A stretch of 64,000 nt of DNA from an uncultured bacterium (GTDB taxonomy: Bacteria; Patescibacteriota; Minisyncoccia; UBA6257; GWB1-50-10), in assembly GCA_903827975.1 (NCBI GenBank), contig CAIKKG010000031.1:3717-67716 (forward strand), read 5' to 3'. The position numbers and the translations under genes were made by a program. The notes under the pieces are model-generated. The model was not told the origin of the DNA and did not search any database. It was given only the letters and a program-made list of their open reading frames with translations. Below are positions 1-9,999 of this stretch, one piece after another. Positions within the stretch are counted from its first letter, which is position 1, and each line of letters opens with the position of its first letter.

Positions 1-1
1 G

Positions 2-835
2 CGATTAAAAGAAAAAATGCCTTGGGGTATTCCAGTTCCAGGAGATGAGACTCAGGTAATGTATGTTTGGTTTGATGCACTAATAAACTACATATCGACA
101 CTTGGTTGGCCTGAAGATACTGAGAATTTTTTACGCTTCTGGGGTAATAAAGATACGCCTAATGCCATACAAATAGCTGGTAAGGATAACTTGAGACAAC
201 AGTCAGCAATGTGGCAGGCCATGTTACTATCAGCAAAACTTCCAACATCAAAGCAAGTGATTATTCATGGATTCATAACAAGTGAAGGCCAGAAAATGTC
301 AAAAAGCGCAGGAAATGTTGTTGACCCGTTTGAAATTTCTGAAAAATTTGGAACGGATGCATTACGCTATTGGCTTACAAGGGAAATGAACACATTTGAA
401 GATGGCGACTTCACTATGGAAAAATTTACGGATTCATATAATGGAGGACTTGCGAATGGACTTGGAAATCTGGTTAGCCGCATTATGAAAATGGCATCCA
501 CAAATGGTGTCTCGATAACCCGTGAGATGGATTTTGCGAATGATAATGAATTTGAAATTTTACGAGACCATCTTTCTAAATATGAGATAAAAAGAGCGGC
601 GGACGAGATTTGGAAAATCATTGGGGAGCTTGATAAAAAAATTCAGGAGACTGAGCCATTCCGCCTTGTAAAAACTGAGCCAGAAAAAGCAAAACAAATT
701 ATAGGAGAACTTGTTGGAGAAGTTTGGAAGATAGCATACATGACAGAACCATTTCTACCAGAAACAAGCGAAAAAATATTTAGAGCATTAAAAAATCCAA
801 GTGAGGCATTGACTCCATTATTTCCAAGAATATAA
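2..835 (+). CDS. metG: Methionyl-tRNA synthetase, C-terminal part (5' end lies outside the window); ends after the anticodon-binding domain
   Basis: Reading frame is open to the window start; KMSKS class I motif (KMSKSAGN); MetRS-like 'PWGIPVPGDE..VWFDALINY'; followed by a terminator. Confidence 0.85.
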   Translation, partial: RLKEKMPWGIPVPGDETQVMYVWFDALINYISTLGWPEDTENFLRFWGNKDTPNAIQIAGKDNLRQQSAMWQAMLLSAKLPTSKQVIIHGFITSEGQKMSKSAGNVVDPFEISEKFGTDALRYWLTREMNTFEDGDFTMEKFTDSYNGGLANGLGNLVSRIMKMASTNGVSITREMDFANDNEFEILRDHLSKYEIKRAADEIWKIIGELDKKIQETEPFRLVKTEPEKAKQIIGELVGEVWKIAYMTEPFLPETSEKIFRALKNPSEALTPLFPRI

Positions 836-868
836 AAATCCCCCGCAAAAATGCGGGGGTTTTTTTAA
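836..868. terminator. Bidirectional rho-independent terminator between convergent metG and the HAD hydrolase
   Basis: Hairpin CCCCCGC-aaaaat-GCGGGGG flanked by an A-run and a T-run. Confidence 0.7.
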
Positions 869-1485
869 TGCGAATCAATAAAGCCAATAACTCCAGAGAA
901 ATGATTTGACATTAAGTGTGGCTTTGCGTGGCGAATCTGCTCGGTAAGTCCATACCCATGTGTCATTCCTACGGTGGTGAATCCAAGTTCTTTTACACCA
1001 CTTAATGCGTAAGAATCATCATCGATGTAAATGGTCTCACTCGGAATAAAATCGAGGCATCTCAACACTTCTACCTTGTTGCGAGTACTAACAACCTTTC
1101 CATCAAAAAAATGCTCTAAAGAAAACTGCTTTAATCTGCGTAAAACAACGTCACCCACTTCTCCCGTAAGAAGAAATATCCTTATATGTTTCTTCTTAAG
1201 AAACTCTAAGAATTCTACAACATATGGCTGAAGACTAACGTTGTCCCACTGCTCTTCAAAAAATTTGCGTCTGATTGAATTCAGTTTTTCTGGGTCGACA
1301 TCTTCAGGAATGCCATACTTAATATAAAATTTCATCCACTCATAAGAAACATCCTTGCGATACTGCTCTAGTGTTGGCGCCGGAAGTCCGAATGCCTTAA
1401 AGATATGTCTTACACTCTGATAAGAGAATGGTAGATCATTCAAAAGCGTTCCATTCCAATCAAGTACAGCTGTTTTATAGCACAT
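865..1485 (-). CDS. HAD-superfamily hydrolase (phosphatase-like)
   Basis: N-terminal 'LDWNGTLLND' (DxDGTL-like HAD motif I); ~200 aa Rossmannoid hydrolase architecture. Confidence 0.65.
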   Translation of the reverse strand: MCYKTAVLDWNGTLLNDLPFSYQSVRHIFKAFGLPAPTLEQYRKDVSYEWMKFYIKYGIPEDVDPEKLNSIRRKFFEEQWDNVSLQPYVVEFLEFLKKKHIRIFLLTGEVGDVVLRRLKQFSLEHFFDGKVVSTRNKVEVLRCLDFIPSETIYIDDDSYALSGVKELGFTTVGMTHGYGLTEQIRHAKPHLMSNHFSGVIGFIDSH

Positions 1486-1568
1486 TTTCAGCCTCCTTTC
1501 AGGGCTTATTTAGCGTGTTTATGAACTGCGATTATGTTATAGTAATCCAATTCTAAGCACAATAGCAT

Positions 1569-2357
1569 ATGAAATTTAAACACTTCGACGCACATACACA
1601 CACCCAATTTCCAGCATATGATAATGACCGCGATGCTGTAATTGATTGTGCACTAAAAGAAGGGATAGGCATTATAAATGTGGGATCTGAGAAAGGTACG
1701 TCAATTGATGCTGTTAAACTTGCTCACAAATATAATAATGGTGTATATGCAACCATAGGGCTTCACCCAACCGACTCTGAGGAAGGTTTTGATTATGAAG
1801 AATATAAGAAACTGGCGCTTGATGAAAAGGTTGTTGCAATTGGAGAATGCGGATTAGACTTTTTTAGGATTGGTTCTGATGATGCTGAAAAAATAAAAGC
1901 TAAGCAGTGTGAAATATTTTTGGAGCAGATGAGGCTTTCATTTGAAGTCAAAAAACCATTAATGATTCATTGCAGGAATGCAATGCCTGAACTTATAGAG
2001 CTTTTAAAATCTAATAAAGAGATTCTTATGCCGGGTTCGGTCATGCACTTTTTTTCTGGAACGCCTGAAGAAGCAAGTGAACTTCTTAAGCTTGGTTTCT
2101 ATTTCACATTCGGGGGAGTCATAACTTTTGTAAGTGATTATGATGAAACCATAAAAATAATCCCGGTCACATCGATACTTTCAGAAACAGATGCTCCATA
2201 TGTCACGCCGGTCCCGCATCGTGGAAAAAGAAATGAACCATCCTTTGTGGTTGAGATTGAAAAAAGACTCGCTGAATTAAAGGGTGTCACACAAGAAGAA
2301 ATGGCAAAACATATAATTCGGACGGTTGGAAAGGTTTTTTCTATTTCAATAGAATAA
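1569..2357 (+). CDS. tatD: TatD-family metal-dependent hydrolase / DNase
   Basis: N-terminal 'FDAHTHTQFP' and overall TatD similarity; 262 aa. Confidence 0.85.
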   Translation: MKFKHFDAHTHTQFPAYDNDRDAVIDCALKEGIGIINVGSEKGTSIDAVKLAHKYNNGVYATIGLHPTDSEEGFDYEEYKKLALDEKVVAIGECGLDFFRIGSDDAEKIKAKQCEIFLEQMRLSFEVKKPLMIHCRNAMPELIELLKSNKEILMPGSVMHFFSGTPEEASELLKLGFYFTFGGVITFVSDYDETIKIIPVTSILSETDAPYVTPVPHRGKRNEPSFVVEIEKRLAELKGVTQEEMAKHIIRTVGKVFSISIE

Positions 2358-2365
2358 AAACCTAT

Positions 2366-3592
2366 TTACCATTTAATAGACGTTCTTACTGCTGGAGAAA
2401 AATTAAGACACACATCACACATCCCGCAATTTTCATTCGGGTATTTTTCTCCAAAATACTGAAGTAACATTTTTCTCCTACAAAAATTTGCGGTGCAATA
2501 CGTGACCATTGTTTCTAATTGTTGTTCTGCAATACGAATCTGATCTGGATCAGTTTTTTTGCTTATGAAAAATTCGTGTTTCATTTTATCGTGATAACTA
2601 AAAAATAGTATACACTCTGCTGGCTTTCCATCCCTGCCAGCGCGACCAGTTTCCTGATAATAACCTTCGATATTCTTGGGCAAATCATGGTGTATCACAA
2701 ACCGAACATTAGACTTATCTATTCCCATACCAAATGCAATTGTTGCTGTTACAACCTGAACACTTCCAGTCATAAATAGCTTTTGGTTTTTTTCTCTTTC
2801 CTTTTGTGGTAAACCCGCATGATAAACGCAGGCACTTATACCATCTGATAATAGATCCTTCGCAATACGATCTGCCGATGCCCTACTATGACAATAGATA
2901 ATTCCGGATTGACCAGCGTGGTCTTCTATATAATTTAATATCTCATCATATGAGTTTTGCTTTGGGCGAATAGCATAATGAAGATTTTTCCTATCAAAAC
3001 TACCACAAAACTGTTTATAGTCATGAAATGCTAACTGGCGCACTATATCACCGCGCACCTTAAGCGTTGCAGTGGCAGTTAGTGCAATTACTGGAACCTC
3101 TGGGAAAAGCCCTCGTACAAGCGATATTTTGCGATATTCGGGCCTAAAATCGTGCCCCCACTCGGAAATACAGTGCGCCTCATCAACGGCCAAAAGCGAG
3201 ACTGGAAGGGTTCTCAAGAAATCCATAAACCCATCCTTTAGCAATCGCTCAGGCGCCACATAAAGCAGTTTTATTTCTCCATTTTTTAACCGCTCTTTTA
3301 CTGATCTTTCTTCGCGAACGCCAAGGCTACTATTAAGATATGCGGCAGATATATCATTATCTTCCAATCCAGAAACCTGATCCTTCATTAGAGATATAAG
3401 AGGAGATACAACCAAAGTAATTCCTGGCAATAACATCGCAGGAAGCTGATAGCAGAGTGATTTACCACCCCCAGTCGGTAATAAAACTAATGTGTCGTTA
3501 CCACTTATAACATTTTCTATAATGTCTTTTTGAAGCGGCAAAAATTCGTCAAAGCCAAAATGCTTTTTTAGTATGCTATGCATGAGTCTCAA
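2366..3592 (-). CDS. recQ: RecQ-family ATP-dependent DNA helicase (short form: helicase core plus Zn-binding region, no HRDC)
   Basis: Walker A 'PTGGGKSLCYQLPA', DEAH box 'VDEAHCISEWGHDFR', C-terminal Cys cluster 'CGMCDVC'. Confidence 0.8.
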   Translation of the reverse strand: MRLMHSILKKHFGFDEFLPLQKDIIENVISGNDTLVLLPTGGGKSLCYQLPAMLLPGITLVVSPLISLMKDQVSGLEDNDISAAYLNSSLGVREERSVKERLKNGEIKLLYVAPERLLKDGFMDFLRTLPVSLLAVDEAHCISEWGHDFRPEYRKISLVRGLFPEVPVIALTATATLKVRGDIVRQLAFHDYKQFCGSFDRKNLHYAIRPKQNSYDEILNYIEDHAGQSGIIYCHSRASADRIAKDLLSDGISACVYHAGLPQKEREKNQKLFMTGSVQVVTATIAFGMGIDKSNVRFVIHHDLPKNIEGYYQETGRAGRDGKPAECILFFSYHDKMKHEFFISKKTDPDQIRIAEQQLETMVTYCTANFCRRKMLLQYFGEKYPNENCGMCDVCLNFSPAVRTSIKW

Positions 3593-6088
3593 TTATGCAG
3601 TATGAACTATACTCTTGTAAAACCACCTCTTTAAAATTTCAGCTAATACCAAATAAGTTATAAGCAACATGGCAATAGAACCGTATACGCTAAGTGGCAA
3701 CGTGACGAATGAAAAGACTGAACCCAATGGAGTTAGTGGTAATATCCACGCGAAAGTTACCAATAAGAAAGTAGAGAGAAATAATGCCAAGCTTGGAGAG
3801 CTCTGAATAAACGGGATTCGTTTTGTTCTAATAATATAAATAACGAAAACCTGTGTTGCAAATGACTCAATAAACCAGCCGGTCTGAAATTGTGATGGAG
3901 AAAGTTTGAATACAAAATACAAAAGCCCAAATGTTGAAAAATCAAAAATAGAACTTAGTAATCCGAAAGAGACCATATATTTTTTAATATAACCCATATT
4001 CCACTTTAGAGGCTTCATAATATCTTCCTTATCAACTGAGTCTGATGTAATAGTAAGTTGCGACATATCATATAAAACATTATTTAATAAAATCTGCCCT
4101 GGTAACATAGGCAAAAATGGCAACATTACAGACGCTCCAGTCATTGAAGCCATATTCCCAAAATTAGAACTAAGACCCATAGATATATATTTCATTGCAT
4201 TTTGAAATGTATGTCTTCCTTCATATATACCCTCATGAAGCACGCGTAAACTTTTTCGTATAAGAATAATGTCAGCTGTTTCTTTTGCCACATCAACAGC
4301 GTTATTAACAGATATACCAACATCAGCAGCTTTTAGCGCTGGCGCATCGTTAATTCCATCTCCGAGATAACCTACTGAATGCTTTTTATTTTTTAGTGCA
4401 ACTATGATTCGCTCTTTTTGATCGGGTGTAATTCTTGCAAAAATTGTAGTTGCCTCTGCCCTATTTCCCAATTCTTCATCTGTCATTTTTGCTATATCAC
4501 TTCCTAAAAGAATTTCTTTAATTGTTAGTTTAATGTCCTTACATATTTTCGCGGTTAATAATTCATTGTCTCCAGTAAGAATCTTAATCTCGACACCAAA
4601 TTCATTTAGGTCACTAATTGCTTTTTGTGCAGTTGCTTTAGGTGGATCAATAAATGCTGTAAACCCAAGAATTGTCATATCAGACTCATCATTCTTAGTG
4701 AATACTCGGTGTTCGTGTGGCATATGCCTTGTAGCAACAGCGAGAACGCGATACCCATCTTTACTATATTCTATGAATTTCTCATGAATTTTTTTACGCA
4801 TTTCATCAGTCAGCAATTCCTCTTTGTCTCCATTCATATATTTCTGAGAAATTGCAAAAATATCCTCTGGCGCGCCCTTGGAAATAATTATGTTGTGATT
4901 CTCTTCATTATTTTCTACAACAATTGAGTCTTTTTTACGTGTAAAATCGAATGGTATCTCGTCAATCTTCTCGTACCCGTGCATTGGAAGCTTCTCATGC
5001 ACGCAGATTGCCTCATCCAATGGGCCACGCACGCCAGTATGAAATGTGCTTGATAGATAAGAAAAAAGAAATACAGATTCTGAGTCATTACCAAAACAAT
5101 CTACATGTTTTATAAGAGTTATACGATTTTCGGTTAATGTTCCCGTCTTATCAGTACAAAGTATATCCATACTACCAAGACTTTGAATTGAGGATAGGTT
5201 CTTCACGATCACGTCCTTCTTGGCCATCTTTGAGGCGCCATGACTAAGTGAGACTGCCAAAATTACTGGCAAAAGTTCTGGGGTCAGACCGATTGCTATT
5301 GCAAGAGCAAATAGAAAAGAGTTTAGCCAGCCTTTATCAGTTATTACATTTGCTAAGAATACAAATGTAACTAATACAGCAGTAACCCTTACTATAAAAA
5401 TGCTGAACTCGCGTATACCTTTCTCAAAATCGGTTTCTGGTGGCTGTAGAGAAAGACTTTCTGCAATTTTTCCGAATTCTGTATTTTTGCCTATTGCTAA
5501 AACCTCTACCAAAGCAAATCCTGTTACAATGCTTGTTCCCATGCAAACTGCATATGGAGACTGCGGTGACATTTCAAACTGAACGTCGGCAAGAGCTTCT
5601 TTTTCAACAGGGAATGCCTCACCAGTCAGAGCAGACTGATTAATAAATAAATCCTTTGCCTTAATTACTCTGGCATCCGCAGGCACAACGTCACCAGCAG
5701 AAAGAAGTAGAAAATCACCAGGCACAAGTTCTGCAAAAGGAACCTCATGCTTTATTCCATCACGTAAAACAGTCGCGGTTGTGACTACGCGTGCAATAAG
5801 TTTTTCAATTGCTTTCTCGGAACGATACGAATTAACAAAATCGACAATCCCGGAAATTAAAATCATTGAAACGATAATAACGCCGTTTATTCGCTCACCA
5901 ACAAAAAAAGAAATTGTTGCGGCTACAACCAAAATAAGCAAAAGCGGATTATTAAACTTCTTAATAAAAGAAATTAGTGGTGCAAATTTCCTTCTATGAG
6001 AAAGTTCATTCGAGCCATATCTAAGTTGTCTCTTTTTAACCTCTTCTGTTGTAAGTCCGATTACATCATGTTCAAATAATTCTGCCAT
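3593..6088 (-). CDS. mgtA: P-type cation-transporting ATPase, MgtA-like (Mg2+ importer type)
   Basis: 'CTDKTGTLTEN' phosphorylation motif, 'GDGINDAPALK', MgtA-like 'DLFINQSALTGEAFPVEK'; 831 aa with multiple TM segments. Confidence 0.8.
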   Translation of the reverse strand: MAELFEHDVIGLTTEEVKKRQLRYGSNELSHRRKFAPLISFIKKFNNPLLLILVVAATISFFVGERINGVIIVSMILISGIVDFVNSYRSEKAIEKLIARVVTTATVLRDGIKHEVPFAELVPGDFLLLSAGDVVPADARVIKAKDLFINQSALTGEAFPVEKEALADVQFEMSPQSPYAVCMGTSIVTGFALVEVLAIGKNTEFGKIAESLSLQPPETDFEKGIREFSIFIVRVTAVLVTFVFLANVITDKGWLNSFLFALAIAIGLTPELLPVILAVSLSHGASKMAKKDVIVKNLSSIQSLGSMDILCTDKTGTLTENRITLIKHVDCFGNDSESVFLFSYLSSTFHTGVRGPLDEAICVHEKLPMHGYEKIDEIPFDFTRKKDSIVVENNEENHNIIISKGAPEDIFAISQKYMNGDKEELLTDEMRKKIHEKFIEYSKDGYRVLAVATRHMPHEHRVFTKNDESDMTILGFTAFIDPPKATAQKAISDLNEFGVEIKILTGDNELLTAKICKDIKLTIKEILLGSDIAKMTDEELGNRAEATTIFARITPDQKERIIVALKNKKHSVGYLGDGINDAPALKAADVGISVNNAVDVAKETADIILIRKSLRVLHEGIYEGRHTFQNAMKYISMGLSSNFGNMASMTGASVMLPFLPMLPGQILLNNVLYDMSQLTITSDSVDKEDIMKPLKWNMGYIKKYMVSFGLLSSIFDFSTFGLLYFVFKLSPSQFQTGWFIESFATQVFVIYIIRTKRIPFIQSSPSLALFLSTFLLVTFAWILPLTPLGSVFSFVTLPLSVYGSIAMLLITYLVLAEILKRWFYKSIVHTA

Positions 6089-6227
6089 AAATATATTATA
6101 CCCTGAATAAAAAATCTTATCTCATAAGCTGTTTAGAAGCTGATGAATCAGAATATGTGCCTTTACAAAACGCTAAGTATGTGTAATGATATGTGAGCTG
6201 GGCTGATGCCCTTTTACAAGGAGAAGT

Positions 6228-6548
6228 ATGAGAACGAGCTTCGCTGCGAGGAATATCCTCGCCAAGAAGAAGCGACTGACGGTGCAGTACACCATAAGTC
6301 GCTCCAATCCCCGCTTCCGCGGGGCCTGCAAGTGTGGGTCTGCGGAGGCCACGACCCTCACCGTCGACGTGAAGAGCGTCAGTGGAGAAGATGGGGTCCT
6401 TTCCCAAAAGGACCACGTCGCCAAGGCTGCGGGCCGTAAGGTCCAAAGCAATCTAGGTGCCGGGAAACGCCTCTGCGAGCACTGCTTCAAGCAGACGCTC
6501 GAGGTGGCCTCCCGCCCAGACGCACTGGGCCAGGTCTTCGCGAGCTAG
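6228..6548 (+). CDS. Hypothetical basic 106-aa protein with a CxC...CxxC zinc-ribbon-like motif, encoded in a ~60% GC island
   Basis: SD AAGGAG (6218-6223) 4 nt before the ATG; third codon positions ~80% G/C in this frame; terminator immediately downstream; no recognisable family. Confidence 0.5.
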   Translation: MRTSFAARNILAKKKRLTVQYTISRSNPRFRGACKCGSAEATTLTVDVKSVSGEDGVLSQKDHVAKAAGRKVQSNLGAGKRLCEHCFKQTLEVASRPDALGQVFAS

Positions 6549-6570
6549 TTTCGCAAAGACCACACAATAC

Positions 6571-6599
6571 CCGCGCTCCAATGGAGCGCGGTTTTTTTA
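6571..6599 (+). terminator. Rho-independent terminator of the GC-rich ORF
   Basis: CCGCGCTCC-aatg-GGAGCGCGG followed by TTTTTTT. Confidence 0.7.
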
Positions 6600-6629
6600 T
6601 TTCCAATTAAAGGGTATGATAGAGCTAAG

Positions 6630-7601
6630 ATGCTTATAGACGACGTAACACTAAAAATAACCGCTGGAAATGGCGGAAAAGGCAAGGTTGCCTTCAATAA
6701 AAACCTAATGGAGCTTGGCCCTGTCGGTGGTAGCGGAGGAAAGGGTGGTAGTGTCTATTTTGAAGGGACCTCTGATCTAAACGCTTTAAATAAGTTTCGC
6801 TTTAAGAAGAACGTGGACGCTGATAACGGCGAAGACGGAAAAGCGCAATTTAATGATGGCGCCGATGCAAAGGATTTAATACTTACAGTACCAGTTGGTA
6901 CGGTTATTCATGATTTAGAAAATAATGTGGATCATGAGATTGTAAAAATAGGAGAACGAATAATGATTGCAAAAGGTGGTAAAGGAGGCAGGGGTAATTT
7001 TCACTTTAGATCGGCAACAAATACAACGCCTAAGCAATTTCAGAGCGGAATACCTGGAGGAGAGGCAAAGGTTAGACTTGAGCTAAAATTAATCGCAGAC
7101 GTTGGTTTCGTTGGACTTCCTAATGTAGGAAAATCAAGTCTTCTAAATGAATTGACTAGGGCAAGCGCAAAGGTGGCAAATTACCCATTTACAACATTAG
7201 AGCCAAACCTAGGAACACACTTTGAGCTAATTCTTGCAGACATCCCAGGACTCATAGAAGGTGCCTCAATTGGAAAAGGACTTGGTATAAAATTCCTAAG
7301 GCATGTTGAGCGCACAACTACACTATTCCACTTTGTATCTGCTGAATCAGCTGATCCGGCGCTTGATTATAAAACAATAAGAAAGGAGCTTGGTGAATAT
7401 AATAAGGAACTTCTAAAACGAAAGGAGTACGTCTTCATTAGTAAGAGTGACGAGGTTAAGGTTGAAGACCTTAACAAAATGTTGAAGGCAATGAAAAAAC
7501 TAAACCCTAATACTATTGCAATCTCAATATATGACGACGAAAGCATAAAAGAGGTAGCGAAAATATTAAATATAATCACAAAAGAAAAGCACATAGCATA
7601 A
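6630..7601 (+). CDS. obg: GTPase Obg
   Basis: Gly-rich Obg fold N-terminus ('TAGNGGKGKVAF..GGSGGKGGSV') and G-domain 'GLPNVGKSSLL'. Confidence 0.9.
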   Translation: MLIDDVTLKITAGNGGKGKVAFNKNLMELGPVGGSGGKGGSVYFEGTSDLNALNKFRFKKNVDADNGEDGKAQFNDGADAKDLILTVPVGTVIHDLENNVDHEIVKIGERIMIAKGGKGGRGNFHFRSATNTTPKQFQSGIPGGEAKVRLELKLIADVGFVGLPNVGKSSLLNELTRASAKVANYPFTTLEPNLGTHFELILADIPGLIEGASIGKGLGIKFLRHVERTTTLFHFVSAESADPALDYKTIRKELGEYNKELLKRKEYVFISKSDEVKVEDLNKMLKAMKKLNPNTIAISIYDDESIKEVAKILNIITKEKHIA

Positions 7602-7605
7602 TATA

Positions 7606-7635
7606 AAAAACGCCCAGATAATGGGCGTTTTTTTA
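7606..7635. terminator. Bidirectional terminator (obg / ftsX)
   Basis: AAAAACGCCCA-gataat-GGGCGTTTTTTT. Confidence 0.7.
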
Positions 7636-7642
7636 TATAGTA

Positions 7643-8551
7643 TTAAAGCTGAAGATATTTTCTTACTGCTATAAAACTTGAAATTGTTCCCATAAAAATA
7701 CAGAACAATAGCTGGTACATAAACAAAGTTATATAGTTCACTGAAAAATATGCCAACAAATCTACCTCTGGAATAAAGCTGTGAACATACGGAGCCAGAA
7801 AATTCATAATAGGAATGACTATCAAGAAACTAACTATAGCCGCAACAAATCCATAAATTATACCCTCAACTATGAATGGGCCCCTGATAAACGAATTAGA
7901 TGCTCCAACGAGTCTCATAACACCAATCTGCTCACTTGCGGAAAATATTGCGAGTCTAATTGTATTGAATGTTACAACAACGGCCAAAATAGAAAGGAAT
8001 ATTGTTAATGCTATACCTCCATTTCTAAGCGTGTCGATTAAACCTATAAGTCGCTCAATAACCCCTTGATTCTGGGCGTATGTTATTTTTTCTATCTGGT
8101 CTTTTAATGTCTTTGCCTCTAGATAACTTGCGATAGATTTATATTCTCGCGGATCTTTTGCTTTTACATTTAGCGATGCGAGAAGTGGGTTTTTATCTAA
8201 TTCCTCTATCGCCTGTCCAAGCGCTGGATCGTCAGAATGTTTATTTTTAAACTCGGTTAGCGCAATCTCAGCTGAAACATATTCAACATTCTTAACCTCA
8301 CTAAGATCTTCCAAGGACTTTTTTATGTTTAAAATATAGTCCTCTGATGCGTTGCTCTTAAAATAAATGCTTATGTCAATCTTGTCCTGTAATGAACTAA
8401 TTGTTGTTTTACCAATTACATTAAAAAGAACAAGACCCTCAAACACTATTGCGGCCAAAATCATAATTCCGATAGTAGAAACGGAAAGCCATCCGTTTCT
8501 CACGAATGCCTGCCATCCGTATTTAATTATTCGAGTAAGTGTAACAATCAT
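7643..8551 (-). CDS. ftsX: Cell-division ABC transporter permease FtsX
   Basis: 4-TM permease with a large periplasmic loop, directly downstream of ftsE. Confidence 0.8.
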   Translation of the reverse strand: MIVTLTRIIKYGWQAFVRNGWLSVSTIGIMILAAIVFEGLVLFNVIGKTTISSLQDKIDISIYFKSNASEDYILNIKKSLEDLSEVKNVEYVSAEIALTEFKNKHSDDPALGQAIEELDKNPLLASLNVKAKDPREYKSIASYLEAKTLKDQIEKITYAQNQGVIERLIGLIDTLRNGGIALTIFLSILAVVVTFNTIRLAIFSASEQIGVMRLVGASNSFIRGPFIVEGIIYGFVAAIVSFLIVIPIMNFLAPYVHSFIPEVDLLAYFSVNYITLFMYQLLFCIFMGTISSFIAVRKYLQL

Positions 8552-8557
8552 ATTAAT

Positions 8558-9241
8558 TTAATCTAAAACAAATCTTCCATTGGCCTCGTCCTTTATAACC
8601 ATTCCATTTTCTAGTGTTATTACGCGCTGACCAAGTGAGTTAACTATTTCCTTGTCATGCGTTGCTAAAATCACAGTACTACCCAACTCATTAATCTTAG
8701 TTAAAAGCTTAACAACTTCCCATGTGTTATATGGGTCAAGGTTTCCTGTTGGCTCATCAGCAATAAGAACATCTGGTCTGTTAATCATAGCTCTTGCAAT
8801 AGCAACTCTCTGACGCTCACCGCCTGATAGCTCAGCTGGAAAATTTTTCTCCTTGCCCTTCAATCCGACCATATCTAAAACCTGTGGAACGTATTCATTT
8901 ATTTCTGACTGTGGACGCCCAGCAACCTCCAAAGCAAATGCAACATTTTCAAATACAGTCTTCTTCATTAGTAACCTAAAATCTTGGAAAATAACACCGA
9001 TGTGGCGTCTTAATTCAGGCAACTCATTTGATTTAAGCTTTGTTACTTCGTATGTACCAAAAAAAATCTGTCCTTTTGTTGGCTTCTCCTCGCCAATTAA
9101 CATCTTAATAATTGTTGACTTACCCGCGCCAGAACGACCCACAATAGATACGAACTCGCCAGGCTGAATTTTAAAACTTACTTTATCGAGTGCCGTAGTC
9201 CCGTGACCGTAGGCTTTCGTTACGTTTTGAAAGATAATCAT
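8558..9241 (-). CDS. ftsE: Cell-division ATP-binding protein FtsE
   Basis: Walker A 'GRSGAGKST', ABC signature 'LSGGERQR', Walker B 'LIADEPTGNLD'. Confidence 0.85.
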   Translation of the reverse strand: MIIFQNVTKAYGHGTTALDKVSFKIQPGEFVSIVGRSGAGKSTIIKMLIGEEKPTKGQIFFGTYEVTKLKSNELPELRRHIGVIFQDFRLLMKKTVFENVAFALEVAGRPQSEINEYVPQVLDMVGLKGKEKNFPAELSGGERQRVAIARAMINRPDVLIADEPTGNLDPYNTWEVVKLLTKINELGSTVILATHDKEIVNSLGQRVITLENGMVIKDEANGRFVLD

Positions 9242-9309
9242 ATGACAAAAAAATAAAAACCGAAATAAAGACGCTATGTGTACTTATAATAGCACAAAAA
9301 GATATTATC

Positions 9310-9999
9310 TTAAAGTAAATCTAGGTCACCTTCTAACACATTATCAACTTTTGTTATTTTCTTACCAGTTCTGTGATCTTTAACCTGCTTATATGGGTGC
9401 AACACATAAGACCGTATCTCATTGCCCCACTCTGGTTTAACCTTTGTTCTTAAGTTAGCTATATCTTTTTCGTGTTGAATCTCGGCAAGTTGTAATAATT
9501 TTGCCTTCATCATATTAATAGCACGCTCTTTATTTGCGGCTTGTGAACGTTCCTCTCTTGATGCAGTAACCACGCCAGTCGGTAGATGTACGATACGCAC
9601 AGCCGTTTCAACTTTATTTACATTCTGCCCACCAGGACCTCCCGCCCGCGTAAATTCAATCTTAATATCTTTCTCTGGAAGTTTAATATTCTTTGCTTCA
9701 ATCTCCGGAATTTCTGGTAGCACCTCAACAAGCGCAAATGATGTATGACGAAGTTTTTTTGCATCATACGGTGAGATACGCACAAGCCTATGAACACCGG
9801 TCTCACTCTTTAATCTATCAAAAACCCCCTGGCCTTTAATACCAATTACATAATCATCTATATACTGTATTTTCCACTGCTTTTTTTCGGCGAACCTTGA
9901 ATACATACGCAAAAGCATCTTTGCCCAATCTTTTGCATCATCACCACCAGCCCCAGCAAGCACGGAAACAGTTATCGCGTTTGGATTAACACTTATCAT
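9310..9999 (-). CDS. prfB: Peptide chain release factor 2 homolog lacking N-terminal domain 1 (domains 2-4 only)
   Basis: GGQ motif '[10 protein letters not shown]', 'SPY' in place of the RF2 SPF motif, '[11 protein letters not shown]' aligns to residue ~120 of E. coli RF2; no upstream coding space because of the tRNA. Confidence 0.75.
   Translation of the reverse strand: MISVNPNAITVSVLAGAGGDDAKDWAKMLLRMYSRFAEKKQWKIQYIDDYVIGIKGQGVFDRLKSETGVHRLVRISPYDAKKLRHTSFALVEVLPEIPEIEAKNIKLPEKDIKIEFTRAGGPGGQNVNKVETAVRIVHLPTGVVTASREERSQAANKERAINMMKAKLLQLAEIQHEKDIANLRTKVKPEWGNEIRSYVLHPYKQVKDHRTGKKITKVDNVLEGDLDLL

Noticed and set aside
6089-6200. Possible M-box (Mg2+) riboswitch in the mgtA leader
   Set aside because: Only ~110 nt of AT-rich leader is available before the GC island and no recognisable M-box conserved stems are seen. 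Not supported.
6117-6490. Alternative ORFs in the first GC island (6206-6439 +, 6117-6446 -, 6173-6490 -)
   Set aside because: High-GC DNA yields open frames in all phases. Only the + frame 6228-6548 has GC3 enrichment, an SD and a terminator. The others are Pro/Arg-rich low-complexity translations.
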